From a virus, in IMG/VR virus record IMGVR_UViG_3300033156_000692: 64,000 nucleotides of DNA; one strand, given 5' to 3'. The notes below the pieces were generated by a model. That model was not told the DNA's origin, searched no databases, and worked only from the letters and a program-made list of their open reading frames with translations. The position numbers were made by a program, and so were the translations under genes. Within the stretch, counting starts at the first letter, position 1; every line of letters starts with the position of its first letter. This document shows, piece after piece, positions 24,741 to 34,132 of the stretch.

Positions 24741-25141
24741 GTGTAGTGACTGTGGATGTGGCTAGCGCTGTAGAGCGGCTCAGAAAGGCCGAAGCCCTTA
24801 TTGAAGAGGCGAGAAAGCTGATCGGCGATGGGGAGCTGGTGGTTGCCCAGGCTGACGCCCTGGCCAAGGCTAAAGAGCGCCTGGTGGACCTCCAGCTCAG
24901 GGAGAGGGCCACTGCATTGGGAGAACAAATAGTGGCCCTGCTTAGCGCTGACAGACCCACCTCTGCCGACCTCCAGCGGGCCATTCAGCTCTTGGTGCTG
25001 CGGTTCCTCCTTACGGGGGAGCGCCGGATGGGAGACATCGGCGCCGGTGTCAAGCAGATCATGGACATCATGGGGCGGGTAGATCCGCACGTTGGAGGAG
25101 GCCAAGGGGAGGAGGACTATGAGATCGACATCGAGTCTTGA
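24741..25141 (+). CDS. coiled-coil hypothetical protein
   Basis: GTG start with AAGGTG RBS, 20 bp from the divergent sigma-factor gene start. Confidence 0.4.
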
Positions 25142-25340
25142 GTGCCCCAAATGCGGCCATACTCCTTGCGATGTGATCGAGGAGAAGGACGTATGGCACT
25201 CCCACCGGGAGATCTGGCTGAAGTGCTCCCAATGCAAACATATCTTCCGTCTGGAAATCCCCTGGGAGAGGATAAAGTCCGGGAATCTACGTATTGGTCG
25301 TCTACAGGGACGTACTGTGCGTGACATCTTGGCCCAGTAA
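25119..25340 (+). CDS. zinc-ribbon protein
   Basis: CPKCGH...CSQCKH. Confidence 0.4.
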   Translation: MRSTSSLECPKCGHTPCDVIEEKDVWHSHREIWLKCSQCKHIFRLEIPWERIKSGNLRIGRLQGRTVRDILAQ

Positions 25341-25395
25341 ATATATTAGCATATCTGGGCCATCATGTCAAGTCTGACATATAGGAGGGCAGACT

Positions 25396-25590
25396 ATGAA
25401 TCTTTGGGCACTATTCGGTTTGATTATAGCCGGTATTTTGGCGGCTGATCTGGTTCGAGCGCCGGTGAAGAAGTTGCTGCGCAAAGCATACGACTGGATC
25501 GCTGTGCGGTCCCCCAAGCTGGCAGAGGCCATAGACCGGTTTTTGCAGTTCGTAAGCGACAGCTTTGGGCCGGGTAATGACAGTGCTTGA
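25396..25590 (+). CDS. small membrane protein
   Basis: GGAGGG RBS; N-terminal TM helix. Confidence 0.45.
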   Translation: MNLWALFGLIIAGILAADLVRAPVKKLLRKAYDWIAVRSPKLAEAIDRFLQFVSDSFGPGNDSA

Positions 25591-25644
25591 CAGCCGAGCA
25601 TAGAGCATTATAATAACAGTACCGTTAACTGCAAGGAGGTCGGT

Positions 25645-26085
25645 ATGAGGAGGGCTGTCATCTTCATCGGGCTGTTGGCACTGTTGGGAACTACCGCACT
25701 AGCCGACATCATTTTGCACCCCGGGGTTACCTTCATGGGTAGCTATATCCCGGCGGTAACTCTGGAGACGTTCGTTGACGACATGATCTCTGCGAAGTTC
25801 TTCATCCGCACCGGCGAGTCCCCTGGCTTTATCGCCTCCATCCGGCAATGGCCGGAAGTCGCTCGGTTTGACGTTGCTGGGAATACCCTGCCTACCTACA
25901 TCGGGATCGGCGTACTGACGGCTGGTGACGATGGGCAGTTTGTGGCCGGTCTGTATGCCGAGGCTGGCTTCCGGTTGGCCCAGATGTTCGATATCGGGTT
26001 TGCCGTAGAGCAGGCCGGGGTCACCGGCCGGATTGCACTGAACTTCGGGATCTCCTTTGATCTCACGGTAGCTGCTGGAGGTTAA
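25645..26085 (+). CDS. secreted protein (signal peptide; possibly beta-barrel)
   Basis: MRRAVIFIGLLALLGTTALA signal peptide; AAGGAGGT RBS. Confidence 0.55.
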   Translation: MRRAVIFIGLLALLGTTALADIILHPGVTFMGSYIPAVTLETFVDDMISAKFFIRTGESPGFIASIRQWPEVARFDVAGNTLPTYIGIGVLTAGDDGQFVAGLYAEAGFRLAQMFDIGFAVEQAGVTGRIALNFGISFDLTVAAGG

Positions 26086-26086
26086 A

Positions 26087-26719
26087 GTGCGGCGGGGCGG
26101 TCTCTTGCTGATAGTTGTGGCGCTGTTCCTGGGGGGGTGCTCTTACTACTATCAGGAACCCGAAGCCCCATTGGCGACCTTCACTGCCGATCCCCAGCAG
26201 GGGCCGCCCCCTCTCTGTGTCCAGTTCGATGCCACCGGGTCCAGGCCCTCTACCGGAGCCGAGATCGTCTCTTATGAATGGGACTTCGGCGATGGGTCCT
26301 ACGGCGAAGGAGCCATAACTTCCCATACTTATGCCCTGATGGGGGCCTATGATGTCACGCTGACCATCACCGACTCAGCAGGGCAGACGGCCCAAGATTT
26401 CTGCGAGATCCAGGTGTCCAACTCTCCCCCCATCATTTACTCTATTAGTGCTTGGGGGGCGATTTCCGGAACCGGTCCTACTTTCAAGCGGGGAGAGAAC
26501 ATCGAGTTTTCTGCGAGCGCCGACGACCCAGATGGCTATATCCGCTATTGGCGGTGGGACTTTGGGGACGGCGGCCACGCCACTGGTCCCACAGTAACCC
26601 ACGCCTATTATCCGCACTCTTGTGCAGCACCAGAAACTTACATCGTGACTTTGTGGGTTGAGGACAACACCGGGCTGGGCGCAATGGAGACGATAGAGAT
26701 CGAGGTGACCTGCCGATGA
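26087..26719 (+). CDS. lipoprotein with two PKD domains
   Basis: Lipobox LFLGGC; two repeats each containing WDFGDG plus flanking PKD-like strands. Confidence 0.75.
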   Translation: MRRGGLLLIVVALFLGGCSYYYQEPEAPLATFTADPQQGPPPLCVQFDATGSRPSTGAEIVSYEWDFGDGSYGEGAITSHTYALMGAYDVTLTITDSAGQTAQDFCEIQVSNSPPIIYSISAWGAISGTGPTFKRGENIEFSASADDPDGYIRYWRWDFGDGGHATGPTVTHAYYPHSCAAPETYIVTLWVEDNTGLGAMETIEIEVTCR

Positions 26720-27183
26720 TGCGCCGCACGCTGATATTTGCAGCTTTGTTAGGGGTACTCATGGCCCTGGCTGGCTGTTCGTGGATGATCCAGCCGCCTG
26801 GCGAACAAGAACCATCTCCGCTGCCCGATAACCCGCCGCCAGAGCCCGTGTTGGGCATTCTGATGGAAGGCGAGCAGCTGCCCGAATACTGGTGGTCCCC
26901 TCTGGAATATGGGCACTTCTACGAGGGGCAGTATATCACATTCAGCTTGGTCGCCGAAAACATAGAGGTCGAGCTCGTTGAGTGGTGGGTATGGCCGGAC
27001 GATAGGCCAGACCTACAGGGCCACTGGCACCATGAAGGAATCAGCTTTCGTGCCTACTTCATTGGCTGGCCATGTTACGCAGGTAAGAGCGGACCCAGAC
27101 CATACACAGTGCTATGTCGTGTGACGGATTCCACAGGGAGGCTTCACGACCTGTGGGACAAGTTCTGGATTCACCAGCTGTAA
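26716..27183 (+). CDS. lipoprotein
   Basis: Lipobox ALAGC; start overlaps the previous stop (ATGATG). Confidence 0.55.
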   Translation: MMRRTLIFAALLGVLMALAGCSWMIQPPGEQEPSPLPDNPPPEPVLGILMEGEQLPEYWWSPLEYGHFYEGQYITFSLVAENIEVELVEWWVWPDDRPDLQGHWHHEGISFRAYFIGWPCYAGKSGPRPYTVLCRVTDSTGRLHDLWDKFWIHQL

Positions 27184-27194
27184 GGATCGCGGAG

Positions 27195-27443
27195 ATGGAA
27201 CTAATAACCGGTCTGTTAAAAGAGGTACTAGGACGTGCGGGGGGCATGTTATCTCGAAAGTTCCTCATGCCTCTGATCATCTGGCAGCTACTTAAGACGG
27301 TCAGCGACATGCAGACCGACCGCTTCTACGCGCTGGTGGGGGCAGCGGTGCTTTTGGGGGGACTTTTCATGTGGTATGAGTACCGGCTGGACCGGATAAG
27401 GGAGGAGGAATGTCAAGGGCTAAAATTCCCACGATCCCGATAG
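27195..27443 (+). CDS. small membrane protein
   Basis: Hydrophobic segments; GGAG near the start. Confidence 0.4.
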   Translation: MELITGLLKEVLGRAGGMLSRKFLMPLIIWQLLKTVSDMQTDRFYALVGAAVLLGGLFMWYEYRLDRIREEECQGLKFPRSR

Positions 27444-27913
27444 AGGTGGAGGCCACCCGGTTGGGTGACATCCATATCGGCTACTGGCGGTTTGGCGTTT
27501 ACATAGGAGATACCATTCCTTGGGGGGCGGATGGGATTACCGACCCCAGGACTGGTGTGATCATGGTGGGCGAGCACCTGCCTGACCATCACCGGTGGCC
27601 GATCTTGGCCCACGAGTACTTCGAGGCGGTCTGCAAGGTCTGGAACCCGTCGCTGGACTTGGAGCACGATCAAATACAGATCTTGGGTGAGTGCTTGGCT
27701 CATTCATTCCCGGACTTGATCAAGCTGTGGTGGTCTCTGGCCACACCGAAAGAGCGCCGCTGCATGTTGAGGGACTTGATGGAGTTTGAGGATGGCGACG
27801 GAGAGACAGGGAAAGACTTGGGAGCTGTTTATTCCGGGGAGGCCTCGTTCCAAAGCTCGGCCGAGGAAGAGGATCGGACAGAAGAGCGTATATATTCCTC
27901 GCAAGGCCCGTGA
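27410..27913 (+). CDS. hypothetical protein
   Basis: ORF; its 3' end overlaps rusA by ~120 nt in another frame. Confidence 0.35.
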   Translation: MSRAKIPTIPIEVEATRLGDIHIGYWRFGVYIGDTIPWGADGITDPRTGVIMVGEHLPDHHRWPILAHEYFEAVCKVWNPSLDLEHDQIQILGECLAHSFPDLIKLWWSLATPKERRCMLRDLMEFEDGDGETGKDLGAVYSGEASFQSSAEEEDRTEERIYSSQGP

Positions 27914-28286
27914 GTGGCAAGAGGCGGTTGGTGCGGCATGGTTTGAAAAGTATGGGTGCCCCCTAAAGAAGGGAGTTGAGTACATACTTTTCATGCGCAT
28001 TTATGCGGCTGACCGCCGCATTGGCGATGTAGATAACCTCCTGGGAGCGGTGATGGACGCCTATATCCCCCTGGGGGGGCGACAAGGGAACAAAAAGGCC
28101 AAGCTGCATGTGTTTCCCAATGACCGCCAGGTGAGGTTGGCGGTAGTAGAGAAGACGTTCGTGGAAAGTCCGGATGAGGAGGGCGTTTGGATCAGAGTCC
28201 TCCCTTATAGCACCTCGTTGAGCGAGTGGCTGTTCTCGGAAGTGTGCCGCCATGGGGAAGAGACGGAAACACCCGTTGGAGTCTAA
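27792..28286 (+). CDS. rusA: RusA-family Holliday junction resolvase
   Basis: WELFIPGRPRSKARPR...DVDNLLGAVMDAY are RusA hallmarks. Confidence 0.75.
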   Translation: MATERQGKTWELFIPGRPRSKARPRKRIGQKSVYIPRKAREWQEAVGAAWFEKYGCPLKKGVEYILFMRIYAADRRIGDVDNLLGAVMDAYIPLGGRQGNKKAKLHVFPNDRQVRLAVVEKTFVESPDEEGVWIRVLPYSTSLSEWLFSEVCRHGEETETPVGV

Positions 28287-28569
28287 GTTTGGTCCACACG
28301 TAAGGAAATGTATTGATTGCGGGTGGAGATGCGCCGAAGCCTGTTACCACCCCGCATACGGCAAGCCGGGCGTGGACATCTATGGTGGCAAGTGCATCGG
28401 ACACCCGAGAGTTGGGGATGTAGCTGCGAGCTGCAATCTTCAGAACGATCTGTCGCCGATAAAGGAAGTAGCCGATAAATATGACGGCAAACCCCATTGG
28501 TTCATTTGGGTTTGCGAGAATCGTGTCGCCTTGGCGGCCCAAATTCGAACTCATAAGGAGCAATTTTAA
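28252..28569 (+). CDS. Cys-rich hypothetical protein
   Basis: ORF; CIDCGWRC...C..C. Confidence 0.4.
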   Translation: MGKRRKHPLESKFGPHVRKCIDCGWRCAEACYHPAYGKPGVDIYGGKCIGHPRVGDVAASCNLQNDLSPIKEVADKYDGKPHWFIWVCENRVALAAQIRTHKEQF

Positions 28570-28937
28570 TGGCTTTTGACTCTCACGAGGGAGAGACTAT
28601 GGGAGACATCGATAGTCTGCGCAGGGACATTGCTGAACTTCAGCGGTGGCGTGGCGAGGTTGAAAGATCGCTGGGAAGGCAAAATGGGCTGCGTACTGGG
28701 TTGGAAAGAGAGGTCGAAGGCTTGCGTGAACAGGTTGCGGATATGCGAGCCTGGCTGGACGAGAAATTTGATGAGTTGCGCAGGGACCAGCTTGAGATCC
28801 GTAACCAGTTAGCCAATGTCGTCCAGTCTGTCAATTCCCGCCTGATGGAGATAGAGAAGCCGCTATGGGGGACCATTGGAAAGGTGGGGATCTTAGCGGC
28901 CCTTGTGCTGGCATTGATCTCGCTTTTCCTGAAATGA
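28569..28937 (+). CDS. coiled-coil protein with C-terminal transmembrane anchor
   Basis: Heptad-like N-terminus; C-terminal LWGTIGKVGILAALVLALISLFLK. Confidence 0.45.
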   Translation: MAFDSHEGETMGDIDSLRRDIAELQRWRGEVERSLGRQNGLRTGLEREVEGLREQVADMRAWLDEKFDELRRDQLEIRNQLANVVQSVNSRLMEIEKPLWGTIGKVGILAALVLALISLFLK

Positions 28938-29218
28938 TACCGCCATCGATAGCTTTCTCTATTATGCAGGACTTTTACGGCCCCCAATTGGCCGAGCATT
29001 TGAGGCGGAACCGCGTAAGGATTCCGCCTGATGCGCACGTCGCCTTTCGTATCAAGCCCATGGAGGAAAAGACTGGTAGTGAGTATTGGGACCAAGTTTG
29101 GAAGCTCCATAACGCCTACAACCGTGTAGTCGAACGAATGGCCCGCGAACTAGAGAAACAGGGTTATTCGATCATTTGGTTCGAGTACGACGGAATTGAC
29201 TTCCATCGCGTAACGTGA
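28934..29218 (+). CDS. hypothetical protein
   Basis: ATGA overlap with the previous stop. Confidence 0.4.
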   Translation: MIPPSIAFSIMQDFYGPQLAEHLRRNRVRIPPDAHVAFRIKPMEEKTGSEYWDQVWKLHNAYNRVVERMARELEKQGYSIIWFEYDGIDFHRVT

Positions 29219-30630
29219 AGAAAAAACTTCGCCTTCTTGGGGATCTTCTCCCCGGCCTAAATCCCCACCCCGGTCAACAGGCGGTCTTGCAAGACAATCA
29301 CCGCTTCCAGGTGATTGCTGCCGGCCGCCGGTGGGGGAAGTCTCACGTGGCCTTGATGAAGGCCGCCCAGATAGGGGTGCGCTACCCGGGCTCGTTGATT
29401 TGGGTGGTGTCCCCCAACTTCCAGCAACAGGAGGCGATCTTCAACAAGGCCATGTGGGTTTACAAGGCAAAGCACCGGGCCTTTGAGCGGGCCGACAACC
29501 CGGAAGGGTGGTTTGTCAAGGACCAGCGCCTGGCACGGGGCTACCGCAAGCTCATCCTGTTTAATGACTCGGTTTTGGAGTTCAAGTCCGCTGAGTCCAA
29601 AGATTCCCTGCGCGGGGCAGGGGACCGGCTTCGTTTCGTAATCGTGGACGAGGCGGCTTATGTGGACCCCTATTCCTGGCAGGTTATCCGGTTCGCTCTG
29701 ATGGATCACCAGGCCCCCGCTTTCCTCATTAGCACCCCCAATGCCCACGTAACCCATGATGATTTCTTCTACAAGCGGTGGTTATGGGGGCAGGAGACCA
29801 TCTCACAGGCGTGCCCGGACTGCCTGGGGGCTGGGTGCGAGACGTGCAACCACACCGGCCTTGTCGAGGTGCCTAACCCAGATAAGAAGCGGGATTTTAA
29901 GTCATGGAGGTTCTCCAGCTACGACAACCCCCACATGACCGAGGAAGAGATCAACTCGCTCATTGAAGAGGAGGGATATAGCGACGCGGACATCCGTAGG
30001 GAAATCTACGCCGAATTCATCGAGGGGCAGGGGGCAGTGTTCGCCCTGGAGGTTATTTCCGCCTGTCAGGTCGGCGAGCCAGAGCCCTACAGGCCCGGGT
30101 GTGAGTACGTCATGGGGATAGACTTCGCCAAGGTACATGACTACACGGTGGCCATCGTGATCAGGGTGGACACTGCTCACGTCGTGCGCATGGAGAGACT
30201 CCAGGGTAGTTGGGGCTACCAGCGTGAAGTCATCAAGAGCGTCTACCATGAATATGCGGCCCCCTACACGGTGGTTGACGCTACCCAGGCAGGCGACGTG
30301 TTGCTGGACGACCTTATACACGAGGATGGCCTGACGAACATCCAGGGTTACACATTCAACGGCCCCAACAAAATGCGCCTGGTAGATTCCCTGCGGGTGG
30401 CAATCGAAAAGCAGGCGCTTACTTTCCCTCCTGCGTACCAACAGATTGCCGATGAGCTTGCCCACCTTACCGCCCGCAAATTGTCATCCGGGATTACGTC
30501 TTACTCCGCTGCAAAAGGTTATTACGACGACTGTGTGATGGCGCTGGCGTTGGCCTGGAGGGCATATAACGAGGTCGGTGGTGGCGCTACTTCCAGCAAC
30601 TTCCTAGAGGTTTCCTTGTTAGGAGCATAA
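29215..30630 (+). CDS. terL: terminase large subunit
   Basis: Walker A AAGRRWGKS, Walker B LRFVIVDEAAY, C-terminal nuclease domain; GTGA overlap with the upstream gene. Confidence 0.85.
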   Translation: MKKKLRLLGDLLPGLNPHPGQQAVLQDNHRFQVIAAGRRWGKSHVALMKAAQIGVRYPGSLIWVVSPNFQQQEAIFNKAMWVYKAKHRAFERADNPEGWFVKDQRLARGYRKLILFNDSVLEFKSAESKDSLRGAGDRLRFVIVDEAAYVDPYSWQVIRFALMDHQAPAFLISTPNAHVTHDDFFYKRWLWGQETISQACPDCLGAGCETCNHTGLVEVPNPDKKRDFKSWRFSSYDNPHMTEEEINSLIEEEGYSDADIRREIYAEFIEGQGAVFALEVISACQVGEPEPYRPGCEYVMGIDFAKVHDYTVAIVIRVDTAHVVRMERLQGSWGYQREVIKSVYHEYAAPYTVVDATQAGDVLLDDLIHEDGLTNIQGYTFNGPNKMRLVDSLRVAIEKQALTFPPAYQQIADELAHLTARKLSSGITSYSAAKGYYDDCVMALALAWRAYNEVGGGATSSNFLEVSLLGA

Positions 30631-30632
30631 GA

Positions 30633-32054
30633 ATGCCTGGTACAAGCGGCATTTTGATACGGCCCTCACTTGCGATTGCCGCCTCTTGGTTGGAGGACGA
30701 GGGCGAGCTGTTCAAGAAACAGTTTGAGAGCGAGGCGCGGCGTGAGACCTCGCAGACAGATGCGCTGTTTGATGAGGCCGCCAAGCAGGCCGGGGCCGAA
30801 TACCTTCCTTATCCTAACGGGCTCGACCCCGCCATGCTGGTGGAACTATTCCATGCCGATCCCACCCATCATGCGTGTTGTGTAGTTAAAGCCAGGGCCA
30901 TTGCCGCCGGCGGTTTCCATTTCGAGCGGAGCGATGGAAGCGCCAAGAGGCCCCCCAAGGCCCTACGGCAGCTATTCGATGAGGTGTTTCCGTCCGGCCT
31001 GGATGAGTTCATCTACGAGCTCATGCTGGACTACGAGACCACCGGGAATGCCTACTTTGAGGTGATCCGCTCGGTGGGGAAACCGGCAAGCGGCGGCACG
31101 GTGAAGGCACTGGTTCCGGTGCCTTCCTTTACGGTTCGGCGGGTCCCGCCCGGGCACCAGTCTGGATGTGCCTTCATTCAGATCTACTCGGGGTTCATGC
31201 GTTATTTTAGGGAGTTCGGCCAGGATAAGCCCCTGCGCCTTCCGCCCAAGCAAAAGATCGTGAACGAGATGGTGCAGGTGCGTAACCACTCACCGAACTC
31301 CGTGTGGTACGGGCTGCCCGACATCATCAGCGCCCTTAACGCGCTTCTGGGAGCGCGGCGGGCCGTGCAATACCTCGTTGACATCATGGAATCTAAGGGC
31401 ATGCCGAACTACCTCCTCATCTTGCAGGGGGCACGGAAGTTTGTCTTGGATGAGGACAGGCAGGCCCTAAACCGTTACCTCCAACAGATGCTTAACAAGG
31501 GCGGCGGGCGGATTATGGTCATTGGCACTCCGAACAATACCGAGGCCAGCTTAGAGAAGCTGTCGATGAACATTGAGGCGGACGCGCTGGTGAACCTCAT
31601 TAAGGAGTGCCGCGATCAGATCGCCCGAGCGCACGGCGTGCCTCCCCGTCTTCTTTCCATCATGGAATCGGGAAGGTTGGGCGGCGCTAATGAGGCAGCC
31701 ACCGAGCTGGAGCAGTTTAGGCAGATGGTGCTCACTCCCCGCCAGCGCATGTGGGAGAACGTGCTTTACCGTACTTTGATTTATCCTAATCGAAAGCTGC
31801 GTGATTGGCGCATAAGGTTTAATCCGATTGACCTGCAAGACATCCAGCGCGAGATGCAGGCATATACGGGATATGTGAAGACGGGCATCCTGTCGGTGAA
31901 CGAGGCCCGGGCCAAGCTCGGGTACACGCCGATCACTGGTGGTGATGCGCATGTCTTCCTGTCGGCGGGAGGCGTGGCTATTCCCCTGTCTGATTTGGTC
32001 ATGTCCCCCGCCGAGGGCAATGACACTGAGAACCAGCAGGAGGTGCAAGAATGA
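30633..32054 (+). CDS. portal protein
   Basis: Position immediately after terL, 473 aa, portal-like composition. Confidence 0.7.
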   Translation: MPGTSGILIRPSLAIAASWLEDEGELFKKQFESEARRETSQTDALFDEAAKQAGAEYLPYPNGLDPAMLVELFHADPTHHACCVVKARAIAAGGFHFERSDGSAKRPPKALRQLFDEVFPSGLDEFIYELMLDYETTGNAYFEVIRSVGKPASGGTVKALVPVPSFTVRRVPPGHQSGCAFIQIYSGFMRYFREFGQDKPLRLPPKQKIVNEMVQVRNHSPNSVWYGLPDIISALNALLGARRAVQYLVDIMESKGMPNYLLILQGARKFVLDEDRQALNRYLQQMLNKGGGRIMVIGTPNNTEASLEKLSMNIEADALVNLIKECRDQIARAHGVPPRLLSIMESGRLGGANEAATELEQFRQMVLTPRQRMWENVLYRTLIYPNRKLRDWRIRFNPIDLQDIQREMQAYTGYVKTGILSVNEARAKLGYTPITGGDAHVFLSAGGVAIPLSDLVMSPAEGNDTENQQEVQE

Positions 32055-32398
32055 ATATCACTGATCTTCGCCCCAAGATCGGTTGGGGCGGTGCCCAGAT
32101 CAATACCGCCCTTTACGATGCCCTAGTGGGGCTGGCGACCGATGCCAAGCTGGGGCATGTGAAGGTCGCGTTGGTAGATGGCGCTGCGGCTGATACCGCC
32201 ATCACCTTGACTGGGGCCACTTCCGACGACGAGCTGCTGTTTGCTCTGGCGTTTGTCGGTGCGGGTACTGACATCACCGATGTGGCCCTTATCACCGAGG
32301 CTACCTTTGATGCTGACAGCATCACCTTCTCGGTGGATACCACTGACTCCAAGGTGTTGGTGGTATGGATTGATGTGGACGCCCGCAATGTAACGTAG
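32051..32398 (+). CDS. hypothetical head protein
   Basis: ORF between the portal and protease genes. Confidence 0.45.
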   Translation: MNITDLRPKIGWGGAQINTALYDALVGLATDAKLGHVKVALVDGAAADTAITLTGATSDDELLFALAFVGAGTDITDVALITEATFDADSITFSVDTTDSKVLVVWIDVDARNVT

Positions 32399-32402
32399 GC
32401 CC

Positions 32403-34118
32403 ATGTTTAGAGAACTATTGGGTCGCCTGGTGGACTGGCTGAAAACCAAGGGCATGAAGGTCCAGTCGGTCCTGTGTTCCAAGGAGCGCTTCAAGAGCGC
32501 TCGGGAGGCGGCCCAGTGGTGCCGTGAGCATAACTTTAAGGCCGGCGATGTAGATGAGACGGACCAATACTATCGATTCCGACAGTTTCCTCCCTCCCAG
32601 TGTCAAGAGGGGACCATCCGCACCATCACACTGACCGATGGCGTAAAAGCGACTGTATGCATTCCTAAGCCGCAAAAGGTGTTAGACGAGGGTATGAAGG
32701 GCAAGCTCTTTCACGTGGAGTTCCCGTTTGAGGTCAAATATGACGACCGGGGGCTCTACGTAGAGGGCTATGCGTCCCGCGAGCTTTGGGATCGGGTTAA
32801 CGATTACATCCCAGCGGAGACGGCATTCAAGGCGCTGGAAACTTATTTCCAGCACGGGGCGCGTATCTGCCTCCTTCACGTTTGGCGGGTACAGGCCGGA
32901 AAGCTGGAGGAGCTGTCGGTAGTCGAAGACGGGATAAAGATCAAGGTTCGCCCGTATGAGTGGGCGGTGCCCCTGGTTGAGTCGGGAGTGGTTAAGGGCT
33001 TTTCCATCGGCTACAAGCTCCACGACTGGGAACCCCACGAGAAGGGGCGTGTATTCAAGGACTGGAGCCTTTATGAAATCTCCCTTGTAGACGAACCGGC
33101 CAATCAGGGATGTTACTTCGAGAGGGTGGGGAAGATGCTGCCAACGGGAACTAAGGTCACCTATGATGCTGCGCGGAACGCTGTGATCGTTAGTGGACTA
33201 GATTACGAGGCCATGGCCGAGATAGCTCGTTATCTCGCTGGCCTCACGGAGCAGATCCGCGGCGCTGGCAAAAGGCTGGAAGATGTAACCGAGCTGGTAT
33301 TCAAGCGGGCTCCTGAGCCGGAGGTGAGCAATGATGAGTCCGAGGCCTGGGCGCCGCCTGCGGTGGCGTTGGAGAGGATCGGGGAGCTCACGGAGAAAGG
33401 GCTTCCCCTGGAGGAAGCATTTTCAGAGGCAGCGCTTGAATTCTATTACAAGGACCTGGACGGCGAAGACCTTCCCGAGGACGTAAAAGATTGGACCAGA
33501 GCATTCATCAACTCGCTGCCGGATGCGGCATTTGCGGTCATCGAGCCCGCCTACAAGCGGGGCGAGACCAAGAACAAGAACGCCCGGCACCTTCCTCATC
33601 ACAACGCCTCGGTGAAGGACCCGAACGAGAACTCCAGTGTTGACCTTCCTCACTACCGGAATGCCCTGGCCCGGGCCAACCAGATCCAGCCGATTACAGA
33701 CTCCATCTCAACTGAAGAGCTGCGCCGTCGGGCACAAGCGCACCTGAATAAACACAGGTCTGTCTTAAAGGAGGGCAAGGAAATGCCTGAAAACGAAAAA
33801 GATGTCGTGAACACTCCTGAGAACGACGAGACCAAGGCTACTGAGGCTCCCAAGCCCGAGAGCAACGAGGGCGAGGCCAAGTCCCTTGCCGAGCTGGTGG
33901 ACGAGGCTAAGGAGTCCTTTGCTAAGGAGTTTAAGGCCTACCAGGAGCAGTTCGAGGCCCTACTCAAGCGGGTTGAGGAGCAGGAAAAGGCGCTGAAGGC
34001 ACTGGCCGAAGTTATTGCGGACCTTCCTGTTCCTTCCATGTCTATCCCCGTGAATGGGGCCAAGACCGTGGAGGCCGAGGAAAAGAAGTCCGTATTTGAG
34101 GGCATTTTCGGTAACTAG
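32403..34118 (+). CDS. HK97-family prohead protease fused to a scaffold-like coiled-coil C-terminal domain
   Basis: EGYAS, GFSIGY and EISLVDEPAN motifs of Peptidase U35/S78; K/E-rich coiled-coil C-terminal half. Confidence 0.7.
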   Translation: MFRELLGRLVDWLKTKGMKVQSVLCSKERFKSAREAAQWCREHNFKAGDVDETDQYYRFRQFPPSQCQEGTIRTITLTDGVKATVCIPKPQKVLDEGMKGKLFHVEFPFEVKYDDRGLYVEGYASRELWDRVNDYIPAETAFKALETYFQHGARICLLHVWRVQAGKLEELSVVEDGIKIKVRPYEWAVPLVESGVVKGFSIGYKLHDWEPHEKGRVFKDWSLYEISLVDEPANQGCYFERVGKMLPTGTKVTYDAARNAVIVSGLDYEAMAEIARYLAGLTEQIRGAGKRLEDVTELVFKRAPEPEVSNDESEAWAPPAVALERIGELTEKGLPLEEAFSEAALEFYYKDLDGEDLPEDVKDWTRAFINSLPDAAFAVIEPAYKRGETKNKNARHLPHHNASVKDPNENSSVDLPHYRNALARANQIQPITDSISTEELRRRAQAHLNKHRSVLKEGKEMPENEKDVVNTPENDETKATEAPKPESNEGEAKSLAELVDEAKESFAKEFKAYQEQFEALLKRVEEQEKALKALAEVIADLPVPSMSIPVNGAKTVEAEEKKSVFEGIFGN

Positions 34119-34132
34119 GGTGAGGTGAACCA

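Noticed and set aside
24058-24984. Full 308-aa extent of the sigma-factor ORF
   Set aside because: The N-terminal 87 residues are Ser/Ala/Leu/Arg low-complexity read-through with no RBS. The internal ATG at 24720 with a GGAGGT RBS gives a sigma-sized (221 aa) product.
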